A DNA stretch of 64,000 nucleotides from Planctomycetota bacterium (GCA_022703445.1 JAKLDR010000001.1:107846-171845), one strand, 5' to 3'. Positions 20,065-31,900 are shown, counted from the stretch's first letter. A program made the numbers and translations. Notes: a model not told the origin generated them from the sequence alone.

Positions 20065-22178
20065 GCGCTCGGAGGAAGCTTGCCGGCTGCCTCTGTGCCC
20101 TGTTGCTGGCCGGGGCGGCCGCCCGGGCTGGAGACGCATCCTTCTCGGCGAAGCCCACCGCGGCCAAAGCCGGCGACGGGGTGAAGATCGCCTTCACCCT
20201 GGCCGTGCCGGCCGACGTGGAGGTCGCCGTGCTCGGAGCCGACGGCAAGGTGGTCCGCCACCTGGCCGCCGGCGTCCTCGGGGCGAAGAACCCGCCGCCC
20301 GCGCCCCTCAAGGAGGGCCTGGCCCAGGAGCTGGCCTGGGATGGCAAGGACGACTTCGGCAAGCCCGCCGCCGGCGGGCCCTTCAAGGTGCGCGTCCGCG
20401 CCGGCTTTGGGGCCAGGTTCGGCCGGTTCATAGGCGCCGATCCCTGCAACTTCGGCGACACGGCCGCCTGGCCGGCGTCGCACAGCATGGCCACCGACGA
20501 GGACGGCAACCTCTACCTGGCCTCCGGCCGGTCCATGGGCAACCAGGGGACGATGACCGTGCGGGTCTTCGACTCCGAGGGCCGCTACCTCCGCGAAGTC
20601 GCCCCCTTCCCGGCGGACCTGCCGCCGGGGGCCGTCAAGGACTTCGCCCGCTGGGACGAAGAGCGAAAGACCTTCTTCCTGCGCAACCAGCGCAACCTCA
20701 ACCCCGACTTCTACGGCGTCTACAACGCCAAGGGCTACTTCGACGCCGGCCCGCTGCGGCTGCTCAAGGCCTCCAAGAAGGACGGCCTGCTCTTCACCAA
20801 CGGCAAGAAGTGCTTCAAGCTGGATGTCTCCGGGGCGGTATCCGGCGCCTCCTTTGCCGCGGCCGATGCGGCCGCTGACAACCCCGCGCCGTGTGCGTGG
20901 TCCCTGGCCCCGGACAAGAAGGGCTTCCAGCGCGCCGACGGCAAGGCCATCCGCCTGGCCGCCGACCTGCCCACCGACTGGAACCGGATGGCCGTGGACT
21001 TCGCCCGCGACGAGGTCTACGCCAACGACGGCGGCGGCGGAACCTGGCGGTTCGACGGCCTGACCGGCGCCGGCGGGCGGCTCAAGAAGGACGGCAAGGT
21101 CTTTCCGGCCACCGACGTGGCCGTGGGCTACGACGGCCTGCTCTACGTGCGGACCCGCAACGACTACAGCGGGCCGCTGGAACGCTACACCCGCGACCTG
21201 GCGCCGGCGCCGTTCCCGGCCACCGGCACGCACGTGCTCAGCCCCTACGTCTACGGCCGGATGGGCGTGGCCTACGACGGGCGCGGCCACGGCGTGGGCC
21301 CCGACGGCAAGTGCTACGTCTCCTTCATGTTCTTCTTCGGGGCCTACTGCATCGGCGGCTTCAACGGCGACGGCACGCCGCTCAACGGCAAGTACGACCT
21401 GGGCGGCGACTTCCCGGTGAAGCACGAGAAGGACGCGGCGAACGCCAAGGTCGCCGACGAGGTCCGCAAGAAGTACCCGGCGGGCTGGACAGCCGCGGTC
21501 ATCGGGCCGGTGCCGCAGTGCAACAGCGGCATCCGCGTGGACCTGGCCGGCAACCTCTACGTGGGCATGATCTGCAGCGAGAAGGGCCTCGCCGCCGTGC
21601 CGCCCAAGGGCTTCGAGAAGGACCAGGCCTACCGCGTCTCGGTGGGCAGCGTGGTCAAGTTCGGGCCCGAGGGCGGGACCATGAGCGGGCGCGGCGGCCG
21701 CGGCGCCCAATTCGCCGAGAAGATGGAGGGCGCCCTCCGGGCCTACCCGGGCCTGGCGCCCTACAGCAGCGCGGCCGAGGCCTTCGGCGGCAACTCCTGC
21801 TGCGTCTGCCGCGCGCCGCGCTTCGACCTCGACCGCTACGGGCGGGTGGTCCTGCCCAACGCCATCACCAGTTCGGTGCTGCTCTACGACAACGCCGGGA
21901 ACCTCATCGCCGAGTTCGGCAAGTACGGCAACTTCGACTCCCAGTACGTGAACCCCAACACCGAGGCGGGCGGTTCGACAGGCTCACCGCCTGAGGCCCT
22001 GAGCTCGTCGAAGGGCAAGGCCGGAAAGCCGACGGTCGCGGTTCCGGAGATCCCGCTGGCCTGGCCCACCGGCGCCGGCTTCAGCGAGGAGCACATTTAC
22101 GTCAACGACACCCAGCACCGCCGCGCCCTGCGCCTGGACATGGCCTGGGCGGCCGAGGCGGTTGTGCCCGCACAGTGA
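20061..22178 (+). CDS. Secreted NHL/SMP-30-like beta-propeller protein with a GTG start.
   Basis: GTG at 20061 overlaps the previous stop. VSARRKLAGCLCALLLAGAAARA is a signal peptide. Repeated DGNLYLA, DGLLYV, DGKCYVS, AGNLYVG, AGNLIAEFG blades. The 5' extension to 18132 is artefact. Confidence 0.65.
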   Translation: MSARRKLAGCLCALLLAGAAARAGDASFSAKPTAAKAGDGVKIAFTLAVPADVEVAVLGADGKVVRHLAAGVLGAKNPPPAPLKEGLAQELAWDGKDDFGKPAAGGPFKVRVRAGFGARFGRFIGADPCNFGDTAAWPASHSMATDEDGNLYLASGRSMGNQGTMTVRVFDSEGRYLREVAPFPADLPPGAVKDFARWDEERKTFFLRNQRNLNPDFYGVYNAKGYFDAGPLRLLKASKKDGLLFTNGKKCFKLDVSGAVSGASFAAADAAADNPAPCAWSLAPDKKGFQRADGKAIRLAADLPTDWNRMAVDFARDEVYANDGGGGTWRFDGLTGAGGRLKKDGKVFPATDVAVGYDGLLYVRTRNDYSGPLERYTRDLAPAPFPATGTHVLSPYVYGRMGVAYDGRGHGVGPDGKCYVSFMFFFGAYCIGGFNGDGTPLNGKYDLGGDFPVKHEKDAANAKVADEVRKKYPAGWTAAVIGPVPQCNSGIRVDLAGNLYVGMICSEKGLAAVPPKGFEKDQAYRVSVGSVVKFGPEGGTMSGRGGRGAQFAEKMEGALRAYPGLAPYSSAAEAFGGNSCCVCRAPRFDLDRYGRVVLPNAITSSVLLYDNAGNLIAEFGKYGNFDSQYVNPNTEAGGSTGSPPEALSSSKGKAGKPTVAVPEIPLAWPTGAGFSEEHIYVNDTQHRRALRLDMAWAAEAVVPAQ

Positions 22179-22194
22179 CCGGAGAGGAACGGCC

Positions 22195-23277
22195 ATGGCT
22201 ACGATCAGACTGCTCCTGGTGACGGCAGGGCTCCTGGCGGCGGCTGCGCCCGGCGCGCGCGGCGGCGAGGAACCGGCGGCCCCCGCCCCGGCCCGGGCCT
22301 TCCTGGAGGACTGCGCCACGAAGGCGGCCAACGCCAAGACCATGACCGTGGCCGGCAAGGACGGCTGGCTCTTCCTGAAGGGCGAGCTCAAGCACCTGGG
22401 CCTCGGCGAGTTCTGGGGCCCGGCCGCCGAGAAGACCTCCTCCTCGGCCCAGGCCGACGCCCGGGACCCGCTCGCCGCCATCCTCCACTACAAGGAGCAG
22501 CTCGACAAGGCGGGCATCGAGCTCGTCCTCGTGCCCGTGCCGCCCAAGGCGGTCGTCTACCCGGAGATGATCTCCGACGCGGCCGGCGCCAAGCCGCCGC
22601 GGCTCGACGTCCACCACCAGGAGTTCTACCGATTGCTCGGCGAGAAGGGCGTCAAGGTGATCGACCTGGTCCCGGCCTTGGCCGCCGAGCGCGCCAAGGG
22701 CCAGGGGCCGCTCTACTGCCAGACCGACACCCACTGGTCGGGGCTGGCCACGGTCATCGCCGCCCGGGCGGTGGCCGCGGAGCTCGGGGCCCGGCCCTGG
22801 TTCAAGGACCCCCCCAAGACGAAGTTCGAGGGCGAGGAGCGGGCCGTCGCCTTCCGCGGCGACCTGGTCGAGGCCCTCAAGGCCGCCGGCGGCGCCGAAC
22901 CGCCCGAGGAGAAGCTGGCGCTGCGCTTCGTGGGAACCAAGGATGGCCCGGCGCTCAAACCGGTCAAGACCGATCCGAAGAGCCCGGTGCTGCTGGTCTC
23001 CGACAGCCACGGGCTGGTCTTCAGCATCGGCGAGGACCTCTTCGCCCGAGGCGCGGGGCTGCCCGACCAGCTGGCGTTCGAGCTCGGCTTCGCCGTCGAC
23101 ACCGTCTCCTCGCGCGGCGACGGGGTCACCAAGGTGCGCATCGACCTCTACCAGCGCGCCAAGGCCGACCCGGCCTGGCTCGCCGGCAAGAAGGTCATGA
23201 TCTGGTGCTTCAGCGCCCGCAACTTCACCGAGTGCACCAACGGGTGGCGCAAGCTCCCCGTGAAGAAGGGCGGGTGA
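22195..23277 (+). CDS. AlgX/AlgJ-like SGNH-hydrolase-type polysaccharide O-acyltransferase component (periplasmic).
   Basis: Signal peptide MATIRLLLVTAGLLAAAAPGARG. Conserved DxHW block (QTDTHWSG). RBS GGAGAGG. Confidence 0.7.
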   Translation: MATIRLLLVTAGLLAAAAPGARGGEEPAAPAPARAFLEDCATKAANAKTMTVAGKDGWLFLKGELKHLGLGEFWGPAAEKTSSSAQADARDPLAAILHYKEQLDKAGIELVLVPVPPKAVVYPEMISDAAGAKPPRLDVHHQEFYRLLGEKGVKVIDLVPALAAERAKGQGPLYCQTDTHWSGLATVIAARAVAAELGARPWFKDPPKTKFEGEERAVAFRGDLVEALKAAGGAEPPEEKLALRFVGTKDGPALKPVKTDPKSPVLLVSDSHGLVFSIGEDLFARGAGLPDQLAFELGFAVDTVSSRGDGVTKVRIDLYQRAKADPAWLAGKKVMIWCFSARNFTECTNGWRKLPVKKGG

Positions 23278-23284
23278 GCGGGCC

Positions 23285-24769
23285 ATGGTCTTCAGCTCGC
23301 ACATCTTCGTCTACTACTTCCTGCCGGCGGCGCTGGCGCTCTACTACGCCCTCTACCGGGCGCCGCAGCGCTGGCGCAACGCCTCGCTGATCCTGATGGG
23401 CTACGTCTTCTACGGCTGGGCCAACCCCAAGTTCATCTTCCTGATGTTCGGGACCACCTTCCTGGACTGGCTGCTCTCCCTGGTGGTCGCCTACGACTCC
23501 TGGCGCTTCTGGCGGGACTGGGGCGGCGAGTGCCGCCCGCTGCCCCGCGGCGCGCGCACCCGGACCCAGCGCTGGGCGGTGATCGGCTCGGTGGTCTCGA
23601 ACCTGGCCATGCTCGGATTCTTCAAGTACTTCAACTTCGGGGTGGACAGCTACAACGCCCTGGTCGAGGGGCTCGGCCTGGGCGCGGCCCGCTGGGACAC
23701 TTTCTTCCGGGTGGTCCTGCCGCTGGGCATCAGCTTCTACACCTTCCAGTCGATGAGCTACATCATCGACGTCTACCGCGGCGAGGCCAAGGCCATGCGC
23801 AACTTCGCCGACTTCTCCTGCTTCGTCTCGATGTTCCCGCACCTGGTGGCCGGGCCGATCCTGAAGTTCTCCTACCTGGCCGACCAGATCGAGAACCGCC
23901 GGCTGACCCTCGACAAGTTCGCCCGCGGGGTGGCCTTCTTCGGCCTGGGCATGGCCAAGAAGATCCTGCTGGCCAACCCCTGCGGCAAGATCGCCGACCT
24001 GGCCTTCGACTCCGGCAGCGTGGGCACCCTCGACTCCTGGTTCGGGGCGGTGGCCTACGCCTTCCAGATCTACTTCGACTTCAGCGGCTATTCGGACATG
24101 GCCATCGGCCTGGGCCTGATGCTCGGCTTCGTCTTCGCGCGGAACTTCAACTGCCCCTACCGCTCGCAGAACATCACCGAGTTCTGGCGGCGCTGGCACA
24201 TGTCCCTGTCGTCCTGGTTCCGCGGCTACCTCTTCACGCCGCTGGAGGTGGCCACCCGCTACCGCATGACGCCGGCCTGGCGCACCCCGGTCAACCTCAT
24301 GATCACCATGCTGCTGGTCGGGCTCTGGCACGGGGCCAGCTGGAACTACGTCATCTGGGGCGGGATCCAGGGCGCCATGATGGCCGCGGAGCAGATCCGC
24401 GGAAAGAAGGGCTTCTACAACTGGCTGCCGGTGCCGCTGCGCGTCGCGGTGACCTTCCTAATCGTGATCGTCAGCTGGGTCTTCTTCCGCGGAGGCGACC
24501 TCAGCCACATCATGGGCTACCTCGGCACCATGTTCGGCCTGGGCCAGGCCGCTCCGGGGGCTGGACTGCTCGGCGGGATCATCTACCAGCCCTACTACCT
24601 GGCCAGCTTCATCATCGCCGGCTACGTGGTCTGGCGGGTGCCGGACACCTGGGAGGCGACCCAGAAGCTCTCCTGGTGGAAGGTGGCGCTGGTGCTGGGA
24701 CTGTTCCTGCTCGCGCTGGTGGTGCTGCGCACGCAGGAGTACAACCCGTTCATCTACTTCATCTTCTGA
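23285..24769 (+). CDS. MBOAT-family membrane-bound O-acyltransferase (AlgI/DltB/PatA-like).
   Basis: Polytopic. MVFSSHIFVYYFLPAALALYY..., conserved ...FWRRWHMSLSSWFRGYLFTPL... histidine region. 494 aa. Confidence 0.85.
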   Translation: MVFSSHIFVYYFLPAALALYYALYRAPQRWRNASLILMGYVFYGWANPKFIFLMFGTTFLDWLLSLVVAYDSWRFWRDWGGECRPLPRGARTRTQRWAVIGSVVSNLAMLGFFKYFNFGVDSYNALVEGLGLGAARWDTFFRVVLPLGISFYTFQSMSYIIDVYRGEAKAMRNFADFSCFVSMFPHLVAGPILKFSYLADQIENRRLTLDKFARGVAFFGLGMAKKILLANPCGKIADLAFDSGSVGTLDSWFGAVAYAFQIYFDFSGYSDMAIGLGLMLGFVFARNFNCPYRSQNITEFWRRWHMSLSSWFRGYLFTPLEVATRYRMTPAWRTPVNLMITMLLVGLWHGASWNYVIWGGIQGAMMAAEQIRGKKGFYNWLPVPLRVAVTFLIVIVSWVFFRGGDLSHIMGYLGTMFGLGQAAPGAGLLGGIIYQPYYLASFIIAGYVVWRVPDTWEATQKLSWWKVALVLGLFLLALVVLRTQEYNPFIYFIF

Positions 24770-24777
24770 GGTGAGCC

Positions 24778-26526
24778 ATGCCTGAGACGCCGCAGATCGC
24801 GCTCTACGACAAGCACAGCCGGGAGGAGGAGGCGGAGCTCTCCCTCAAGCACACCGTGCTCACGCCGGCGGTCGCCTGGACGCTGGTCGCCGCGCTGCTC
24901 CTGGTGATCCTCGGCGAACCGCTGCTCCAGGCGGCGCTCGACCTCCGCGGCCGGCCGGCCGCCGACGGCTCGCGCATGCCCCAGGCCCTGGAGGTCTTCC
25001 GCCTGTGCCCCGGGCCGGCTTGGGCGGACCGGGCCGGGACTCCCGCGGGCGAGGCCCCGCGCGGCCTGCGCCGCCTGTGGGCCATGCTCCCGCCGGTCCG
25101 GGAGATCGAGGGCTTCGACGACGCCCTGGAGCGCAACTCCGCGGTGGGCAGGGCGCTCCTGCCGCGGATGCAGTACCTCATGACCCGCTTCGGCGGCGTG
25201 GGCAACGAACAGGCCTACGCGGGGCGCGACGGCTGGCTCTTCTACCGGCCGGAGGTCGACGCGCTGACCGCCCCGGGCTTCCTCGATCCGCGACAGCTAC
25301 AGCGGCGCGCCCGGAGCGGAGACTCGAGCTCCGAGGCGGTCCAGCCCGACCCGGTCAGGGCCCTGTTGGAGTTCGACCGGGAGCTGCGCGAGCGGGGCAT
25401 TGCCCTGGTGGTCATGCCCGCGCCGATGAAGCCCTCGGTCCACCCCGGACGGCTCTCACGGCGCTACGGCCCGGAGGACGGGCCGATCTACAACCCCTCC
25501 TATGCCAAGTTCCTGGCGGAGATGGAGCGCCACGGCATCCCGGTGCTGGACGTCTCCGCAGACCTGGCCGCGGCCGGGCGCGCGGCCGGCCGGGAGCAGT
25601 TCCTGGCGACCGACACCCACTGGACGCCGGAGGCCATGGAGTTCGCCGCCGGGAAGCTCGCCGAGCTCATCAGGGCCCGGGGCTGGCTGCCGGCGCGCGA
25701 GCCGGCCGGCTACGCCGCGCGCGAAGCCGAGGCGACGAACCGCGGCGACATCGAGGAGATGCTCAAGCTCCCCGCCGAGAGCGGCCTCTTCCCGGCGCAG
25801 AGGGTCGCGATCCGCCCGGTGGTCCGCGCCGACGGGAGCCCCTGGGAGCCGGAGCGCTCCGCGGACGTGCTGGTGCTCGGCGACAGCTTCTTCAACATCT
25901 ACTCGCTCCAGGCCATGAACTGGGGCGCTGGCGCCGGCTTCGTCGAGCAGCTCGCTCTCCGCCTGCAGCGGCCGCTCGACCGGATCACCATCAACGCCGG
26001 CGGCTCCTACACCACCCGCCAGGAGCTGGCCAAGGCATCCCAGCGCGACCGCCTGGTCGGCAAGCGCCTGGTGGTCTACGAGTTCGCCATGCGCGACCTG
26101 AGCGTCGGCGACTGGAAGCTCCTGCCGCTGCCGGCACCGTCGGCGGGAGGCGCCAAGCCGGTGGCTCCGGCGCCCCCGGCCATCGAGGCCGAGATCGAGA
26201 TCGAGGGCCGGATCCAGGCGATCGGGGCCACGCCCCGGCCGGGCACGGTCCCCTACAAGGACTGCTTCGTGGGCATCCATCTGAAGGATGCCAAGGCGAC
26301 CAAGGGCAGCCTGCCGGCCGGGGAGATCCTGGTCTACGCCTGGGGCATGCGCAACAACCAGTGGACGCCCGCGGCGACGGCCAAGCCCGGCCAGACCCTG
26401 CGCTTCGGCCTCGTGCCCTGGTCGAAGGTCGAGGCCAAGTACGGCTCCTTCAACCGCGCGGAGCCGCCGGGCGACGCGGAGGTCCTGCTCGGGCTGGACT
26501 CCTTCTGCGGCGAAGAGAGGAAGTAG
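24778..26526 (+). CDS. Second AlgJ/AlgX-like SGNH-type O-acyltransferase component, membrane-anchored periplasmic.
   Basis: N-terminal TM TLVAALLLVILG. DxHW block (LATDTHWTPEAM). 582 aa. Confidence 0.65.
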   Translation: MPETPQIALYDKHSREEEAELSLKHTVLTPAVAWTLVAALLLVILGEPLLQAALDLRGRPAADGSRMPQALEVFRLCPGPAWADRAGTPAGEAPRGLRRLWAMLPPVREIEGFDDALERNSAVGRALLPRMQYLMTRFGGVGNEQAYAGRDGWLFYRPEVDALTAPGFLDPRQLQRRARSGDSSSEAVQPDPVRALLEFDRELRERGIALVVMPAPMKPSVHPGRLSRRYGPEDGPIYNPSYAKFLAEMERHGIPVLDVSADLAAAGRAAGREQFLATDTHWTPEAMEFAAGKLAELIRARGWLPAREPAGYAAREAEATNRGDIEEMLKLPAESGLFPAQRVAIRPVVRADGSPWEPERSADVLVLGDSFFNIYSLQAMNWGAGAGFVEQLALRLQRPLDRITINAGGSYTTRQELAKASQRDRLVGKRLVVYEFAMRDLSVGDWKLLPLPAPSAGGAKPVAPAPPAIEAEIEIEGRIQAIGATPRPGTVPYKDCFVGIHLKDAKATKGSLPAGEILVYAWGMRNNQWTPAATAKPGQTLRFGLVPWSKVEAKYGSFNRAEPPGDAEVLLGLDSFCGEERK

Positions 26527-26529
26527 AAG

Positions 26530-28187
<1,658 letters not shown>

Positions 28188-28191
<4 letters not shown>

Positions 28192-28424
28192 CCACCCTCG
28201 AGAAGCTCAACGGCATCTTCCGGACGGTCTTCGACAACGAGGAGCTCAACATCGGCCCGGAGACCACCGCCAACGACGTCGACGGCTGGGACTCCATCTC
28301 CCACGTCAACCTGATCCTGGCGGTGGAGATGGGCTTCAAGACCCGCTTCAGCCCCGACGAGATCATGGCCTTCCGGAACGTCGGCGACCTGGTCGCGGCG
28401 CTGGAGGAGCGCAAGGCGGGGTAG
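28188..28424 (+). CDS. Acyl/peptidyl carrier protein.
   Basis: 78 aa. DVDGWDSISHVNLILAVE is a phosphopantetheine-Ser motif (DS). ATG at 28188 overlaps the ligase TGA. Confidence 0.8.
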
Positions 28425-28438
28425 GGGGCAGTTGAAGC

Positions 28439-28462
28439 GGTGCCCGGGGCGTCCCGGGCACC
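28439..28462 (+). terminator. GC-rich hairpin (10-bp stem ggtgcccggg/cccgggcacc, loop gcgt) after the carrier-protein gene.
   Basis: Perfect stem 15 nt after the stop codon. There is no U-tract, which is typical for high-GC genomes. Confidence 0.4.
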
Positions 28463-28682
28463 GTCGCGGCGCACGAGATGGCGACGCGGCGCGCTATGGA
28501 TAGTCCCGGATAATGGCGCTTGGGATCTTGAGCCATCCCCGGTTCTCCTCGGCGCTGCGGAGAACTGGGAGTGATTCAACTGATTGCGCCCTTGCACCCG
28601 TCCGGCGGGATCTTAGACTTACCGCTCATCCATCACCCGGAACCAGCGGCGGGCCCAGCACCCGCAAAGGAGAAAAGACCCC

Positions 28683-29993
28683 GTGCTCGAGAAGGAATTC
28701 GAAGCCCTGATCCAGGCCTCCGCCAAGTCCGGCGGCGGCGCCAAGGTCTCCGGCACCATGACCTCCCGTGAGCGCTTCCTGCGCTGCATGCACTTCCAGT
28801 CGGTCGACCGCATCCCGCACTGGGAGTTCGGCTACTGGGACGAGACCATCCGGCGCTTCCAGGCCGAGGGCCTGCCCGCCAAGTACAACGACAACTGGTC
28901 GGTCGAGGAGTACTTCGGCTGCGAGCACCCCACCTACGTGCCGCTCAAGCTCGGGACCATCAACACCCGCAAGCAGGTGGTGGTCGAGGAGCGCGGCAAC
29001 ACCAAGATCGTCCGCGACGGGCTGGGCACGCTCCAGGAGGTGATCAGCCAGGGTGCCGGGACCATCCCGCACTACCTGGAGTTCCCGGTGAAAGACCGGG
29101 CCAGCTGGCAGGCCTTCCGCGACGAGTTCCTGACCCTGGACCTGGACAAGCGCCTGCCCGCGGCCAATGCCGAGGCCGCCAAGGACGCGGCCCGCTCGCT
29201 GACTACGCCTGAGGCCCAGAAGTCGGCCAAGGCCGGGAAGCAGTCCGCCGCGGCTGACTCCGCCGGCTCCGGGCTGCCGGCGCTGGGCGCGAAGCTGCTG
29301 CGCTCGGAGGTGCCGGTGGGCGTGTCCATCGGCTCGTACCTGGGCTGGATCCGCAACTGGGTGGGCTTCGAGAACATCGCCCTGATGTTCTACGACGACC
29401 CGGAGCTGGTCGAGGAGATGGTGGCGCACTGCTCCGGCATCACCCTGAAGGTGCTCGAGCGCGCCCTGCCCCACGTCTCCGCCGACTTCGCCGCCGGCTG
29501 GGAGGACGTCTGCTACAACAGCGGGCCGATCTGCTCGCCGGAGATGTTCAACTCGATCGTCATGCCCCACCTCCGGCCGGTGCTGAAGCTGCTCCGGACT
29601 CACGGCGTGGACGTGATCTGGACGGACTGCGACGGGGACATCACCAAGCTGGTGCCCCTCTGGCTCGAGGCCGGGCAGAACTGCATGTTCCCCATCGAGG
29701 TCCGCGGCGGCACCGACCCGGTGGCGCTCCGCAAGCAGTACGGGCACGACATTCTGCTGGTGGGCGGCTTCGACAAGATGGCGCTCCTCAAGGGCAAGCC
29801 GGCGATCCTGGCCGAGCTCAAGCGCCTGGAACCCACGGTGGCCGACGGCGGCTTCATCCCGCACGTCGACCACCGCGTCCAGGCCGACGTGGGCTACGAC
29901 ACCTACCGCTACTTCGTCCGCGAGAAGCTGGCCATGTGCGGATGGAAGAAGGAGGACGTCGAGGCCATCGAGCCGCTCCGCGGCGTCAAGTAG
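28683..29993 (+). CDS. Uroporphyrinogen-decarboxylase (URO-D)-family protein, MtaA/CmuA-like.
   Basis: ...SRERFLRCMHFQSVDRIPHWEF... is an N-terminal URO-D signature. GTG start with an AAGGAGA RBS. Alternative ATG at 28758. Confidence 0.7.
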   Translation: MLEKEFEALIQASAKSGGGAKVSGTMTSRERFLRCMHFQSVDRIPHWEFGYWDETIRRFQAEGLPAKYNDNWSVEEYFGCEHPTYVPLKLGTINTRKQVVVEERGNTKIVRDGLGTLQEVISQGAGTIPHYLEFPVKDRASWQAFRDEFLTLDLDKRLPAANAEAAKDAARSLTTPEAQKSAKAGKQSAAADSAGSGLPALGAKLLRSEVPVGVSIGSYLGWIRNWVGFENIALMFYDDPELVEEMVAHCSGITLKVLERALPHVSADFAAGWEDVCYNSGPICSPEMFNSIVMPHLRPVLKLLRTHGVDVIWTDCDGDITKLVPLWLEAGQNCMFPIEVRGGTDPVALRKQYGHDILLVGGFDKMALLKGKPAILAELKRLEPTVADGGFIPHVDHRVQADVGYDTYRYFVREKLAMCGWKKEDVEAIEPLRGVK

Positions 29994-30007
29994 CGCCGGG
30001 TCCGGCC

Positions 30008-31813
30008 ATGAGCAAGCGCCCTCCCCCGTTCTACCAGGCCCTCGACCCCCAGCGCCCGCCGGCGGTGCCGGCCGGGCGGATGCCGGCTTTCGGCCACGGC
30101 CGCGAGCGGGTCAGCCTCGACGGCGCGTGGCGGCTGCAGATCGACCCGATGCGCACCGGCTACGTCTCCCGCTACTGGGTCGAGCGCCGGCAGGAGGTCT
30201 GGGGCCCGCCGGTCGAGTTCGAGCACGACCACTGGACGCCGGTGCGGGTGCCCGGCGACTGGAACACCCAGGTGCGGGAGCTGGCCCACTACGACGGGCC
30301 GGCCTGGTACGCGCGGCGCTTCGCCTTCCGGCCGCGCCGGGGCGAGCGCTGCTTCCTGCGCTTCGGCGCCGCCAACTACATCGCCGAGGTCTTCCTGAAC
30401 GGCGAGCCGCTCGGCGCCCACGAGGGCGGCTTCACCCCCTTCGAGTTCGAGGTCACCGGCAAGCTCCGGGCGAAGAACCTGCTCGTGGTCATGGTCGACG
30501 CCACCGTGCGCCTCGACGGCGCGCCCACCCGCAACTACGACTGGTTCAACTACGGCGGCCTGACCCGGTCGGTGGAGATCCTGCGCGTGCCGCGGACCTT
30601 CATCCGCGGTTTCAGGATCGCGCTCGCCGAGGAGCGCGGCCGGTCTTTTGTCCATGCCGAGGTCGAGACCGACGGGCCGGGGAGTCCGAAGTCGGCCCGG
30701 CTCCGCATCCGCGAACTGGGCGTCGACGCGCGGATCGCGCTCAAGGGCGGGCGCGGTGCAGTGCGGATCCCGGCCGATCCGGAGCGCTGGAGCCCGGAGA
30801 ATCCCAAGCTCTACGCCGTCGAGGTCTCGGCCGGCGCCGACCGGGTCTCCGACCGGGTCGGCTTCCGGACGGTGGCGCGGCGCGGGCGCGAGCTGCTCGT
30901 GAACGGCCTGCCCGTCTACGTGCGCGGCATCTGCATGCACGAGGAGCGGCCCGTCCCCGGCGGCGGCCGGGCGCTGCGGCCCGCCGACATGGACCGGCTG
31001 CTCGGCGAGGCCAAGGCCCTGGGCTGCAACTTCGTCCGCCTGGCCCACTACCCCCACACCGAGGAGATGGCCCGCCGGGCCGACCGGCTGGGGCTCCTGG
31101 TCTGGGAGGAGATCCCGGTCTACTGGGGCATCCAGTTCCGGAACCCGGCGACGCTGGCCAACTGCCGGCAGCAGCTGGCCGAGCTGATCCGGCGCGACTA
31201 CAACCGGGCCTCGGTGGTCGCCTGGTCGGTGGGCAACGAGACGCCCAACGTCCCGGAGCGCGACCGCTTCTTCGCGAACCTCGCCGCCCTGGCCCGGCGG
31301 CTCGACCCGACCCGGCTGACCGCGGCCGCCTTCTACTCCGACCGCAAGCCCGGCTCCGACCCGAACGACCCGCGCCGGCTGCGCGGCGTCTTCGGGCCGG
31401 TGCTCCGCAAGCTCGACCTCATCGGCATCAACCAGTACATGGGCTGGTACAGCGCCCCCGGCCGCGGGGAGCTCGAGCGGGTCCGCTGGGAGCCGCCCGT
31501 CGAGCGCCCGGTGATCTTCAGCGAGCTCGGCGCCGAGGCCCTGGCCGGGCGCCACGGCCGGCCGGGGGAGCGCTGGACCGAGGAGGACCAGGCCGACGTC
31601 TACCGCCGGCAGCTCGCCATGATCCGGAAGCTCGATTGGTGCCGGGGGCTGGCCCCCTGGATCCTCTGCGACTTCCGGTCGCTGCGCCGCGCCAACCGCT
31701 GGCAGAAGGGCTGGAACCAGAAGGGGCTCATCGCGCCCGGCGGGCGGCGCAAGCTGGCCTTCGGTGTGCTGCGGGACTTCTATAAGGATAGGCGCAGGAA
31801 CCCTCACGACTGA
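30008..31813 (+). CDS. Glycoside hydrolase family 2 (beta-glucuronidase/beta-galactosidase-like).
   Basis: Sugar-binding jelly-roll (WRLQID..., GPAWYARRF), TIM-barrel motifs NFVRLAHYPH, WSVGNE (acid/base) and EIP...W. Start at MSKRPPPF. Confidence 0.8.
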   Translation: MSKRPPPFYQALDPQRPPAVPAGRMPAFGHGRERVSLDGAWRLQIDPMRTGYVSRYWVERRQEVWGPPVEFEHDHWTPVRVPGDWNTQVRELAHYDGPAWYARRFAFRPRRGERCFLRFGAANYIAEVFLNGEPLGAHEGGFTPFEFEVTGKLRAKNLLVVMVDATVRLDGAPTRNYDWFNYGGLTRSVEILRVPRTFIRGFRIALAEERGRSFVHAEVETDGPGSPKSARLRIRELGVDARIALKGGRGAVRIPADPERWSPENPKLYAVEVSAGADRVSDRVGFRTVARRGRELLVNGLPVYVRGICMHEERPVPGGGRALRPADMDRLLGEAKALGCNFVRLAHYPHTEEMARRADRLGLLVWEEIPVYWGIQFRNPATLANCRQQLAELIRRDYNRASVVAWSVGNETPNVPERDRFFANLAALARRLDPTRLTAAAFYSDRKPGSDPNDPRRLRGVFGPVLRKLDLIGINQYMGWYSAPGRGELERVRWEPPVERPVIFSELGAEALAGRHGRPGERWTEEDQADVYRRQLAMIRKLDWCRGLAPWILCDFRSLRRANRWQKGWNQKGLIAPGGRRKLAFGVLRDFYKDRRRNPHD

Positions 31814-31852
31814 GCGGCGGCCGCGGCTGCGGGCCTTCAAGCTCCCGCCCGC

Positions 31853-31900
31853 TTTTGACGATATTTAAACACACCTGAGTATACCTGGATACACTCAGGC
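31853..31900 (+). promoter_or_regulatory. AT-rich promoter-like patch with an imperfect palindrome (cctgagtataCCtggATacactcagg) upstream of the HTH gene.
   Basis: ttgacgatatttaaacacacctgagtatacc: TTGACG followed by TATACC, with a palindromic operator-like element. It is the only AT-rich stretch in the region. Confidence 0.4.

Noticed and set aside
16486-20139. 1217-aa minus-strand ORF and similar very long ORFs (129..1370+, 3480..4511+, 4827..6092+, 6788..8023+, 7597..8835-, 19860..21710-, 22102..23304-, 25456..28011-, 28626..29873-, 29909..31840-, 31728..34133-, 43971..47804-, 49193..50935-, 54674..57733+)
   Set aside because: Their translations are dominated by R/G/A/P with almost no K/I/F/Y/N. 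This is typical of antisense or shifted frames in ~70% GC DNA. The opposite strand or frame carries proteins with recognisable catalytic motifs and normal composition.
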